Shown here piece by piece: positions 21,177-30,428 of a DNA stretch of 64,000 bases. Position 1 is the stretch's first letter, and every line of letters starts with the position of its first letter. A program made the position numbers and the translations under genes. Under the pieces are notes generated by a model. It was given only the letters and a program-made list of their open reading frames with translations, was not told where the DNA came from and made no database searches. The DNA comes from Thermoanaerobaculia bacterium (GTDB lineage Bacteria > Acidobacteriota > Thermoanaerobaculia > UBA5066): the NCBI GenBank assembly GCA_044229475.1, contig JBGASW010000006.1:57090-121089 (forward strand), read 5' to 3'.

Positions 21177-21321
21177 GAGTTCAGTCTAGCGCCCGGTGAG
21201 GAAGGGGCCGACGAGATATGTCCGATCGAACGTGAAGATCAGAACGGTGTGCGGCTGGCGGTCGGTGGGCATAGAGCACCTTGATCACTTGACGCCTCCG
21301 GGTGCCGACTCCAGTTTTACT

Positions 21322-21333
21322 TACCGGTCGGTA
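21322..21333. promoter_or_regulatory. putative TetR operator
   Basis: TACCG-GT-CGGTA inverted repeat 44 nt upstream of the TetR ATG; TTGACG at 21289-21294. Confidence 0.6.
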
Positions 21334-21377
21334 GTTCCTCTCGGGAACGAGCAGACCTGGGTCTGGAGGCCGTCAGG

Positions 21378-21998
21378 ATGTGCCCGGAAGTCACTGAACA
21401 CTCTGTAGAACAACGACTTCTGGACGCAGCCATCCAACTCTTCACGGAACGCGGGTACACCGCGACTTCCGTGCGGGAGCTCGTCGAGCGGGCCGGGGTG
21501 ACGAAGCCAGCCCTCTACTACCACTTCGCGAGCAAGGAGGACCTCTACCTCGCGATTCTGAGCGACCTCGCTCGCTACGCCGACGAGGTGATCGCGAGGA
21601 GCCGCGTGCGGAGCGGCCCGGTCCGGGAACGCCTGGAGAAGTTCCTCGTCGCGATGTTCGAGGCCTTCGAGGAGAAGAAGTCGGCCGTGCGCCTCATCAA
21701 CGCGGTCTTCTGGGGGCCCGCGCAGGGCGCTCCGCCGTTCGACTTCGCGACATTTCACAACAAGCTCCTCGTCGTCCTCAGGGAGATCGTCGACGAGGGG
21801 ATCGCCGCCGGCGAGCTCCGGGCCGCGAACCCCGCGGACATGACGCTCGCCCTCATGGGCGTTCTCTCGTTCACGATGGACCTCACGCTCGCGCGGCCGG
21901 AGCTCGGCGTCGGCAAGGACGGCCTCCGCCGTGCGCTCGACCTGCTCTTCGCGGGCCTGGCCGCGCCGGGCCCCGCCTTCAAGGAGACCCCCCGATGA
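21378..21998 (+). CDS. TetR/AcrR family regulator
   Basis: LF.ERGY.ATSVREL...AGVTKPALYYHFASKEDL helix-turn-helix. Confidence 0.93.
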   Translation: MCPEVTEHSVEQRLLDAAIQLFTERGYTATSVRELVERAGVTKPALYYHFASKEDLYLAILSDLARYADEVIARSRVRSGPVRERLEKFLVAMFEAFEEKKSAVRLINAVFWGPAQGAPPFDFATFHNKLLVVLREIVDEGIAAGELRAANPADMTLALMGVLSFTMDLTLARPELGVGKDGLRRALDLLFAGLAAPGPAFKETPR

Positions 21999-23101
21999 CG
22001 CGTTCGAACGCCGCCCTCCTCTCCAGTGTTCTCGCTCTCGCGGCCGCCGGCTGCAGCAAGCCCGTCGCGGGAAGAGCCGCTCCCGGGGCGGGCCGGCCGC
22101 CCGTCGCGGTCGAAACCGTGAAGGTCGCGACGGCCGATCTCGAGCAGACGGTCGACGTCGTCGGCACGCTCGCGGCGCGCAGCGAGGCCGACGTACGGAC
22201 GGAGTACAGCGGAACCGTCGCCGAGGTATACGTCACGCAGTGGGTGCGCGTGAAGGCCGGCACGCCCCTCGCGCGGCTCGACACGCGCGAGGCGGACGCG
22301 GCCGTGGCCGCCGCGCGTGCCGCCGCGCTCCAGGCCGAGGTGGCCGTGCAGCGTGCCGCACGGGAGCTGGAACGGAGCGCCAAGCTCAAGCAGGCGGGCC
22401 TCGCGACGCAGCAGGGGCTCGACGAGGCGAGGACGGCCGACGAGGCCGCGCGGGCGGGCGAAGCGGCCGCGAAGGCCCAGCTCGCGATGGCCGAGACGCG
22501 GAGGACGAAGGCCGTCCTCCGCGCTCCGATCGACGGCGTCGTCGCGACGCGGAACGTCAACGTCGGGGACTTCGTCGAGAACATGGGGAACCCTCCCCCG
22601 ATGTTCCGCATCGTCGACAACCGGCTTCTCGAGCTGACGGCGAGCGTGCCGTCGGCGCGGATGGCGGAGCTGAGGCCGGGCCAGCCGTTCGCCTTCTCGA
22701 GCGACGCGTTCCCGGGCCGGGAGTTCGCGGGCCGGGTCTCCTTCATCAACCCGGCGGCGGACGAGGCGAGCCGGACCGTGAAGGTGAAGACCGAGGTGCC
22801 GAACCCGGACGAATCGCTCAAGGCCGGGCTCTTCGTCAAGGGGCGGATCGTGACCGGCAGGAGGAGTTCGATCCTCGTCGTCCCCCGCTCGGCGCTCGTC
22901 TCCTGGGACACGGCGGCGCGCTCGGCGGGCGTTTTCGTCGTGGAGGGAGGCGCCGCGAAACGCCTCCTCGTCGAGACGGGCGCGGCGAGCGGCGACCGCG
23001 TGGAAATCGTGAAGGGCCTCGCCGCCGGTCAGGACGTCGTGACGCGGGGCGGCTTCAGCCTGCGCGACGGCGACCGCGTGCAGACCTCCGCGAAGGCGTG
23101 A
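21995..23101 (+). CDS. RND efflux periplasmic adaptor (MFP), lipoprotein
   Basis: Lipobox AAGC; RAPIDGVV lipoyl motif; alpha-hairpin. Confidence 0.92.
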   Translation: MTRSNAALLSSVLALAAAGCSKPVAGRAAPGAGRPPVAVETVKVATADLEQTVDVVGTLAARSEADVRTEYSGTVAEVYVTQWVRVKAGTPLARLDTREADAAVAAARAAALQAEVAVQRAARELERSAKLKQAGLATQQGLDEARTADEAARAGEAAAKAQLAMAETRRTKAVLRAPIDGVVATRNVNVGDFVENMGNPPPMFRIVDNRLLELTASVPSARMAELRPGQPFAFSSDAFPGREFAGRVSFINPAADEASRTVKVKTEVPNPDESLKAGLFVKGRIVTGRRSSILVVPRSALVSWDTAARSAGVFVVEGGAAKRLLVETGAASGDRVEIVKGLAAGQDVVTRGGFSLRDGDRVQTSAKA

Positions 23102-23104
23102 GCC

Positions 23105-26100
23105 ATGTTCCTGTCGAATCTCTCCATCAAGAAACCGGTCTTCGCGACCGTGCTCATGCTCGCCCTCGTGACGCTCGGCGTCTTTTCGTACCGGCGCCTC
23201 GCGATCGACATGTTCCCGGACGTCGAGATCCCGGTTCTCTCCATCTTCACGCGGTTCCCGGGCGCGTCGCCCGAGACGGTCGAGCGCGAGGTCACGAAGA
23301 AGCTCGAGCAGGCGGTCAACCCGATCTCGGGCGTCAAGCACGTCTTCTCGACCTCGCGCGAGGGGCTCTCGACGGTCATCATCGAGTTCAACCTCGAAGT
23401 GAAGATCAACGACGCGGCGCAGGACGCGCGCGCGAAGATCTCGGCGATCCGGAACGACCTCCCTCAGGGGATCGAAGAACCCGTCATCCAGAAGCTCGAC
23501 ATCGGCGGGATGGCGGTGGTGGCGCTCGCCGTCCGTTCCGACGCGATGACCCCGCGCGAGCTGACGACGCTGGTCGACCGCAAGGTCAAGCGCCGCCTCG
23601 AGAACCTCCCGGGCGTGGGCAAGGTCGACCTCGTGGGCGGGAGCAAGCGCGAGGTGACCGTCGACGTCGACCGGGCGCGGCTCGACGCTCTCGGCCTCGG
23701 CGTGGACGAAGTCGTCGCCGGGCTCTCCGGCGAGAACGTGAACACGCCCCTCGGCCGGCTCGACGGCGGCGGCCAGGAGCTGCCGGTGCGCGTCTCGGGC
23801 AAGCCGAAAGAGGTGCCGGGCTTCCGGTCCATGGTCGTCGCGACGCGCGGCGGCGTCGCCGTGACGCTCGGGGAGGTCGCCGACGTGAAGGACGGCGTCG
23901 AGGAGCGGCGCAAGCTGGCGCTCGTCAACGGCGTGCCGGCCGTCGCGCTCGACGTCTTCAAGCAGAGCAAGGCGAACACGGTCGGCGTCGTCGAAGCCGT
24001 CACGAAGGAGATCGAGCGCCTCCAGACCGAGCTGCCCCCGTCCGTCGAGATCCAGCTCGTCCGGGACGGCTCCGTGATGATCAAGGAGTCCGTGCACGAC
24101 GTCACGAACACGCTGATTCTCGGCGGCGTCCTCACCGTGCTCATCGTCTTCTGCTTCCTCAACTCGTGGCGGTCGACCGTCATCACGGGCCTCACGCTCC
24201 CGATCTCCGTCATCTCGTCGTTCATCGCGATGTACTTCCTCGGGATGACGCTCAACGTCATGACCCTGATGGCGCTGTCGCTCGCCATCGGCCTCCTGAT
24301 CGACGACGCGATCGTCGTCCGCGAGAACATCGTCCGGCACCTCGAGAAGGGGCAGGACCACATGTCGGCCGCCCGCGACGGCACGGCGGAGATCGGCCTC
24401 GCGGTCCTCGCGACGAGCCTGTCGATCATCGCGGTGTTCGTCCCCGTCGCCTTCATGAAGGGCATCATGGGCCGCTTCTTCTTCCAGTTCGGGATGACCG
24501 TCGCCTTCGCGGTGCTCGTCTCCCTCTTCGTCTCCTTCACGCTCGACCCGATGCTCTCCTCGCGCTGGGTGGACCCCGACGTCGAGCGGAAAGGGAAGCG
24601 CAGCGCGGTCGCGCGCGTCCTCGACCGCTTCAACGGCTGGTTCGACCGCACGGCCGACCGGTACCGGGCCCTCGTCGGCTGGGCCCTCGACCACCGCCGG
24701 ATCGTCCTCGGCCTCGCGGCGGCCGCGTTCTTCGGCGGGCTGCTCCTGTTCGGGACGCTCCAGAGCGAGTTCATGGTCAACGCGGACCAGGCAGAGTTCC
24801 AGATCCGGTTCAAGACGGCCCCGGACGCGTCGTTCGAGGAGACGCGCGGCCGGATGGGCGCCGTGCTCGCCGAGCTGAAGAAGATGCCCGAGGTGAAGCA
24901 CACATACGCCTCGATCGGCGCGGGCGAGACCGGCACCGTCCGCGACGCGCGTGTCTACGTCAAGCTCGTCGAGGCGAAGGAGCGGAAGAAGCACGCGACG
25001 GTCCTCGCCGCCGAGGCCCGCCGGCGGATCGCCCCGATCGCCGGGATCATTCCGTCGGTCGAGATCCAGACCGACGAGTTCGCCGAGAAGCCGATCATGG
25101 TGTCGATCCGCGGCGAGGAGATCCCGCTCCTCAAGAAATATGCCGCGGAGCTCAAGGACGCCGTGTACGGGATCCCCGGCATCGTCGACCTCGAGATGAC
25201 GCTCGAGCTCGACCTGCCCGAGTACCGGCTCGTCGTGGACCGAGAGCGCGCCTCGGATGCCGGCCTCTCCACGCCCGCGATCGCCCGGACGATCGGCGCC
25301 CTCGTCGGCGGGCAGGCCGTGACGACGTACGAGGACGAGGAGGGCGAGGCGGTCGACGTGAGGGTCCGCCTCCCGCTCCAGATGCGCCGCGACGTCTCGC
25401 AGATCGGCGACCTGAGGATCGCGGTCCCGGGCGGGAAGAAGGGGCACGCGCTCGTCCCCCTCTCGGAGCTCGTCCGGGCCGAGCGGGCGACGACGCCCTC
25501 GGAGATCTCGCGCCGCGACCTCTCGCGCGAGGTCCTCCTCACGGCGAACCTCGACGGGGTCCCGCTCGGAACGGCGGTCCAGAAGATCCGGGAGGCTTCC
25601 GCGAAGATCCCGATGGCTCCCGGCTACAAGATCTACTTTCCGGGCGAGGCCGAGCGGATGGAGGAGAGCTTCGGGTACATGGCCGAGGCGCTTCTCCTCG
25701 CGATCGTCTTCGTCTACCTCATCCTCGCGGCCCAGTTCGAGTCCTTCATCGAGCCGCTTTCCATCATGCTGTCGCTCCCGCTTTCGATCGTCGGGATGGC
25801 CGGGATGCTCGCGGCGACGGGCGACACCGTGAACATCATGTCGCTCATCGGGCTCATCCTCCTGATGGGCCTCGTCACGAAGAACGCGATCCTCCTCGTC
25901 GACTACACGAAGGTGCTCCGCGCGCGGGGGATGGACCGCCGGACCGCGCTCGTCACCGCGGGGAGGACGCGGCTTCGCCCGATCATGATGACGACGCTCG
26001 CCATGATCTTCGGAATGCTCCCGCTCGCGCTCGGCCTCGGGCAGGGGGCCGAGCTGCGGTCCCCGATGGGGCGGGCCGTCATCGGCGGCCTGATCACGTC

Positions 26101-27544
26101 GACGGTCCTCACGCTCCTCGTCGTCCCCGTCGTGTACACGCTCTTCGACGACTTCGCCACGTGGCTCCACCGGCGCTGGGCGAAGGCGAACGCCCAAGAG
26201 GCGGATGCGCACGTTGCGCCGGCGGCCGTGAAGACGGTGGTGTCGGCGCTGCTCACCGCCGCGCTGCTCGTCCCGGCCGGGAGCCTCGCCGCGGGCGCGG
26301 GGGAGACGACCGCGCCGGCGGCGGCCCGGGTCCTGACGCTCGCGGACGCCGTGGCGATCGCCATGGACAAGAACCGCGACGTCGAAAAGGCGCGCAGCTA
26401 CCAGGACTGGGTCCGCGGCAAGTACGTCGAGGAACGCGCCGCGGCCCTCCCGATCGTCTCGGCCGAGGCCGGCTGGGCGCGCTCGTGGGACGGGACGTTC
26501 GCGGCGCTCACGGGCGGCCTGTTTCCGTCGGGCCAGACGACGCAGGCCGCAGGGCTCACGCTGTCCCAGACGCTCTTCGCGTGGGGAAAGGTGGGTGCGG
26601 CCGTCCGCGCCGCCAAGCAGGGGATCGCGGCGGCGGACGATCAGCTCGAGCACTTCCGTCAGGCCGCCGTGCGCGACGTCACCGAGTCCTTCTATGACGT
26701 CCTGCTCGCGCGGCGGCTCGCGGAAATCTCGAAGGAGACACTGCGGTTGAGAGAGCAGCAGCTCACGCAGGCCGAGCAGCGACACGCGCTCGGCACGGCG
26801 ACGGACTACGACGTCCTCGCGGCGCGCGTCGCGCTCGACAACCAGAAACCCGAGGTGCTACGCACCGCGAACCTCGTCCTGATCGCCCTCGACCGCCTGA
26901 GGCTCGTCCTCGCGGAGGAGACCGCCGCGCTCGACGTGACCGGGACGCTCGAGTCCGGACCGGAGGAGATCCCGTCGTTCGACACCGCGGTCCGGACGGC
27001 CCTCGAGCGCCGGCCGGACGTGAGGGGGCTCGAGCACGGCGTCGGGGTCTACCGGGAATTCGTGAAGATCCGGAACGCGGACGACAAGCCCCGGCTGGAC
27101 CTGCGTGCGAACGCCGGTTGGACGTGGCTCGAGGCGGATCCGATCGCGGTCGACGGAAAGAAATGGGGAATCGGCGTCGCGTTCTCGTTCCCGTTCTTCG
27201 ACGGCCTCGCCACGCGCGGCAGGGTCCTCCAGGCGAAGAGCGACCTCACGCGCGCGGAGCTCGACCTCTCCGCGGCGCGCGACAGGATCAACGTCGAGGT
27301 CCGGACGGTCCTCGACCAGGCGAAGGTCGCCGGCGAGATCGTCGCCGCCCTCTCGGGAAACGTGGACCAGGCCCGGCGCTTTCTCGAGATGTCCGAGAAG
27401 GGGCAGGAGTTCGGCGTGAAGACGCGCCTCGAGGTCGACGACGCCCTCGTGAACGTGCGCCAGGCCGAGGGAAACCTCGCCCGGGCGAAGCGTGACTACC
27501 TCGTCGCGCTCACGAACCTCAGGTACGTGCAGGGAACGCTCTGA
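23105..27544 (+). CDS. AcrB-like RND permease fused to TolC-family outer membrane factor
   Basis: aa 1-~1025 RND (GLLIDDAIVV, KNAILLVD, RLRPIMMTT); from aa ~1042 a signal-like segment and an OMF domain (LTLADAVAIA..N, FPFFDG); no stop between them. Confidence 0.9.
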   Translation: MFLSNLSIKKPVFATVLMLALVTLGVFSYRRLAIDMFPDVEIPVLSIFTRFPGASPETVEREVTKKLEQAVNPISGVKHVFSTSREGLSTVIIEFNLEVKINDAAQDARAKISAIRNDLPQGIEEPVIQKLDIGGMAVVALAVRSDAMTPRELTTLVDRKVKRRLENLPGVGKVDLVGGSKREVTVDVDRARLDALGLGVDEVVAGLSGENVNTPLGRLDGGGQELPVRVSGKPKEVPGFRSMVVATRGGVAVTLGEVADVKDGVEERRKLALVNGVPAVALDVFKQSKANTVGVVEAVTKEIERLQTELPPSVEIQLVRDGSVMIKESVHDVTNTLILGGVLTVLIVFCFLNSWRSTVITGLTLPISVISSFIAMYFLGMTLNVMTLMALSLAIGLLIDDAIVVRENIVRHLEKGQDHMSAARDGTAEIGLAVLATSLSIIAVFVPVAFMKGIMGRFFFQFGMTVAFAVLVSLFVSFTLDPMLSSRWVDPDVERKGKRSAVARVLDRFNGWFDRTADRYRALVGWALDHRRIVLGLAAAAFFGGLLLFGTLQSEFMVNADQAEFQIRFKTAPDASFEETRGRMGAVLAELKKMPEVKHTYASIGAGETGTVRDARVYVKLVEAKERKKHATVLAAEARRRIAPIAGIIPSVEIQTDEFAEKPIMVSIRGEEIPLLKKYAAELKDAVYGIPGIVDLEMTLELDLPEYRLVVDRERASDAGLSTPAIARTIGALVGGQAVTTYEDEEGEAVDVRVRLPLQMRRDVSQIGDLRIAVPGGKKGHALVPLSELVRAERATTPSEISRRDLSREVLLTANLDGVPLGTAVQKIREASAKIPMAPGYKIYFPGEAERMEESFGYMAEALLLAIVFVYLILAAQFESFIEPLSIMLSLPLSIVGMAGMLAATGDTVNIMSLIGLILLMGLVTKNAILLVDYTKVLRARGMDRRTALVTAGRTRLRPIMMTTLAMIFGMLPLALGLGQGAELRSPMGRAVIGGLITSTVLTLLVVPVVYTLFDDFATWLHRRWAKANAQEADAHVAPAAVKTVVSALLTAALLVPAGSLAAGAGETTAPAAARVLTLADAVAIAMDKNRDVEKARSYQDWVRGKYVEERAAALPIVSAEAGWARSWDGTFAALTGGLFPSGQTTQAAGLTLSQTLFAWGKVGAAVRAAKQGIAAADDQLEHFRQAAVRDVTESFYDVLLARRLAEISKETLRLREQQLTQAEQRHALGTATDYDVLAARVALDNQKPEVLRTANLVLIALDRLRLVLAEETAALDVTGTLESGPEEIPSFDTAVRTALERRPDVRGLEHGVGVYREFVKIRNADDKPRLDLRANAGWTWLEADPIAVDGKKWGIGVAFSFPFFDGLATRGRVLQAKSDLTRAELDLSAARDRINVEVRTVLDQAKVAGEIVAALSGNVDQARRFLEMSEKGQEFGVKTRLEVDDALVNVRQAEGNLARAKRDYLVALTNLRYVQGTL

Positions 27545-27550
27545 GGGAGG

Positions 27551-27639
<89 letters not shown>

Positions 27640-27701
27640 GGAAACGCGCGGAAAGCCATTATCTCCTCTCCCTGCTAGACTTCGCGGCCCGGCGCCGCCA
27701 C

Positions 27702-27795
27702 GGACAGGTGGGTGAGTGGCTTAAACCAGCGGTTTGCTAAACCGCCGTAGGGCTTTAAAACCTTACCGGGGGTTCGAATCCCCCCCTGTCCGCCA
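27702..27795 (+). tRNA. tRNA-Ser (GCU)
   Basis: GGACAGG/CCTGTCC acceptor stem, GCGGT-TTGCTAA-ACCGC, long variable arm, GCCA end. Confidence 0.97.
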
Positions 27796-27883
27796 GCCCT
27801 TCGTCCCCGGCCGTGAAACTTCGCGGCCGGAAACCTCGTAACAGCGGCTGGAGTCAGCATTTGCACCGGAAGGGAGCCGTTCC

Positions 27884-29200
27884 ATGAGCACGCGGATCAA
27901 GGCGGCGATCGGAATCGCGGTCGTCGCGGTCCTGGCCGTCGTCGTCTGGGCGTCGGTCGCCCGCAAGGACAAGAACACCGTGCGGGTCACGACCGCGAAG
28001 GTCGGGAAGGTGCCGCTCGTCTCGACCGTGAGCTGCAACGGCCGCGTCCGCGCCAAGACGAAGGTCGACATCTCGTCGCAGGTGATGGGACAGATCGTGA
28101 CGCTGGCGGTGCGGGAAGGCGACCACGTCAAGAAGGGCGACCTCCTCCTCCAGATCGACAAGGCCCAGTACGACGCCGGCGCCCAGGCGACGCAGGCCGG
28201 CCTCGACGCCCTCTTCGCACAGCGCGAGTCCGACCGCGCGACGCGCGAGCAGGCCCAGCGCGACTACGCGCGCGAGCAGAAAAACTTCGATGCGAAGATC
28301 ACGTCCGAGCAGGCGCTCCAGAAGGCGAAGCTCTCGCTCGACGCGGCCGCCGCGAACGAGCGGGCCACCGAGCGGCGCATCGAGCAGGCGCGCGCGAACC
28401 TCATGGGAAACAAGGACAGCCTCCGGAAGACGACGCTCACGTCGCCGATCGACGGCGTCGTGACGGCGCGCCCGGTCGAGCAGGGCGAGAACGCGATCAT
28501 CGGGACGATGAACAACCCCGGCACCGTCCTCCTGACCGTTTCGGACATGTCGATCGTCGAGGGCGAGATGGAGGTCGACGAGACCGACATCCCGCACGTG
28601 AAGCTCGGCCAGAAGGCGACGCTCACCTTCGACGCGTACCCGGACAAGAAATACGAAGGCAAGGTCACGGAGATCGGCGGCAGCCCGATCACGAAGTCGG
28701 CCCTCGGCACGGACTCGTCCGCCGTGAACTTCAAGGTCAAGGTCCAGGTCACGAACCCGCCCGGAAACATCCGGCCCGGTTTCTCCGTGTCCGGCAAGAT
28801 CGAGACGGACCGCCGCGAGGCCGCCCTCGCGATCCCGATCCCGGCGCTCGTCGTCGCGGATCCGGCCTCGCTCGAGCGCCCAAAGCCCGGCAAGAAGGAC
28901 GACAAGGCGAAGCCGGCCGCCGGCGCGGCCGTCGCGGCGCCCGCGCCGGCGACCGCCGGCCCCGGCGAGAAGAAGAAGGACGTCGAGGGAGTCTTCGTCG
29001 TCTCGAAGGCGGGCACGGTCGAGTTCAAGAAGATCAAGACGGGCATCAGCGCCGATCTCCAGACCGAAGTCGTCGAGGGCCTCGCCGAGGGCGACGAGAT
29101 CGTCACGGGGCCGTTCAAGGCGCTGCGGCAGCTCAAGATCGGCGACAAGGTGAAGGTCGACAACTCCGCGCCCGCGGCCGACGCCGCGAAGAAATCCTGA
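27884..29200 (+). CDS. MacA-like efflux periplasmic adaptor
   Basis: N-terminal TM, VREGDHVKKGDLL, SPIDGVV, VDETDI. Confidence 0.9.
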   Translation: MSTRIKAAIGIAVVAVLAVVVWASVARKDKNTVRVTTAKVGKVPLVSTVSCNGRVRAKTKVDISSQVMGQIVTLAVREGDHVKKGDLLLQIDKAQYDAGAQATQAGLDALFAQRESDRATREQAQRDYAREQKNFDAKITSEQALQKAKLSLDAAAANERATERRIEQARANLMGNKDSLRKTTLTSPIDGVVTARPVEQGENAIIGTMNNPGTVLLTVSDMSIVEGEMEVDETDIPHVKLGQKATLTFDAYPDKKYEGKVTEIGGSPITKSALGTDSSAVNFKVKVQVTNPPGNIRPGFSVSGKIETDRREAALAIPIPALVVADPASLERPKPGKKDDKAKPAAGAAVAAPAPATAGPGEKKKDVEGVFVVSKAGTVEFKKIKTGISADLQTEVVEGLAEGDEIVTGPFKALRQLKIGDKVKVDNSAPAADAAKKS

Positions 29201-29207
29201 GGCTCCG

Positions 29208-30428
29208 ATGCTGTTCGGGGAGCTCCTGCGCGTCGCCTGGAAGGCGGTCACGGCGCAGAAGCTCCGATCGTTCCTGACGCTCCTCGGCGTCATCATCGGC
29301 GTCATGACCGTCATCGCCGTCGTGGCGGTCATCTCGGGGCTCAACAACTACGTCGCGACGAAGATCTTCTCCCTCTCGCCGGACGTCTACGCGGTCACGC
29401 GCTGGGGGATCATCACGTCGCGCGAGGAGTTTCTCGCCGCGCTCAAGCGCAAGCCGATCAACAAGTCCGAGGTCGAGCAGGTCATGCGCCTCGCGAAGAG
29501 TGCGGAGCGGATCGGGGCCTCCTCCGGGACGACGCGGCTCGCGCGCTACGAGGGCCGCAAGCTCTCGGACGTTCAGATCTCCGGCACGACCGCGAACATG
29601 GCGGAGATTCGGAACCTGGACCTCGAGTCGGGCCGGTTCTTCACGGAACTCGAGAACGAGCACCGCTCGTTCGTGGCCGTGATCGGCTCCGACGTCAAGG
29701 ACGAGCTCTTCCCGCGCCTCGACCCGCTCGGCCGCACGTTCACGCTGAACGGGATTCCGTTTCAGGTCATCGGCGTCCTCGTCAAGCAGGGCTCCGTGCT
29801 CGGCCAGAGCCAGGACACGATCGTCTACATCCCGCGCGAGACGCTCTGCAAAGCCTGGGGCTCGAACCGGAACATCAACATCCTCGTCCAGGCGAAGGGC
29901 GGCGTTCCGGGCGTGCCCGCGTCCATGGACGAGATGAGGGCGATCTTCCGCGCGCTGAGGCACACGGACCCGAAGGCCCCGGACCCGATTTCGTTCGTGA
30001 ACGCGGACGCGATCCAGGTCGTCTGGAAGGCGATCACGGCCGCCGCGTTCGCGCTCCTCGTCTTCATCAGCGGGATCTCGCTCGTCGTCGGCGCGATCGT
30101 GATCGCGAACATCATGCTCGTCTCGGTCATCGAGCGGACGAAGGAGATCGGGCTGAGGCTCGCGGTCGGAGCGCGCAAGCGCGACGTTCTCTTCCAGTTC
30201 CTTCTCGAGGCGGCGGTCCTCGCACTGGGCGGCGGGGTCCTCGGGGTGTTCTTCGGCTGGGTCATCGCGATCTGCGTGGACGCCTTCACGCCGCTCCCGA
30301 CGCTCGTGACGCCCGGCCTCGTCATCTCGGGCCTCGTTCTCGCCACGCTCACGGGCGTCATCGCGGGCGTCTTTCCGGCGATCAAGGCCTCGCGCCTGAC
30401 GCCGATCGAAGCCCTGAGGTTCGAATGA
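29208..30428 (+). CDS. MacB/FtsX-family ABC permease
   Basis: LRSFLTLLGVIIGV, NIMLVSVIERTKEIG, PIEALRFE. Confidence 0.92.
   Translation: MLFGELLRVAWKAVTAQKLRSFLTLLGVIIGVMTVIAVVAVISGLNNYVATKIFSLSPDVYAVTRWGIITSREEFLAALKRKPINKSEVEQVMRLAKSAERIGASSGTTRLARYEGRKLSDVQISGTTANMAEIRNLDLESGRFFTELENEHRSFVAVIGSDVKDELFPRLDPLGRTFTLNGIPFQVIGVLVKQGSVLGQSQDTIVYIPRETLCKAWGSNRNINILVQAKGGVPGVPASMDEMRAIFRALRHTDPKAPDPISFVNADAIQVVWKAITAAAFALLVFISGISLVVGAIVIANIMLVSVIERTKEIGLRLAVGARKRDVLFQFLLEAAVLALGGGVLGVFFGWVIAICVDAFTPLPTLVTPGLVISGLVLATLTGVIAGVFPAIKASRLTPIEALRFE

Noticed and set aside
21186-21272. 28-aa minus-strand ORF MPTDRQPHTVLIFTFDRTYLVGPFLTGR
   Set aside because: No RBS and no recognisable motif; it lies in a promoter region and its stop coincides with the antitoxin -10 box.
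21755-26785. Very long antisense and alternate-frame ORFs (1676 aa, 1588 aa and many others across the window)
   Set aside because: Shadow ORFs expected at high GC; Arg/Pro/Gly-rich, with no motifs, overlapping well-supported genes.
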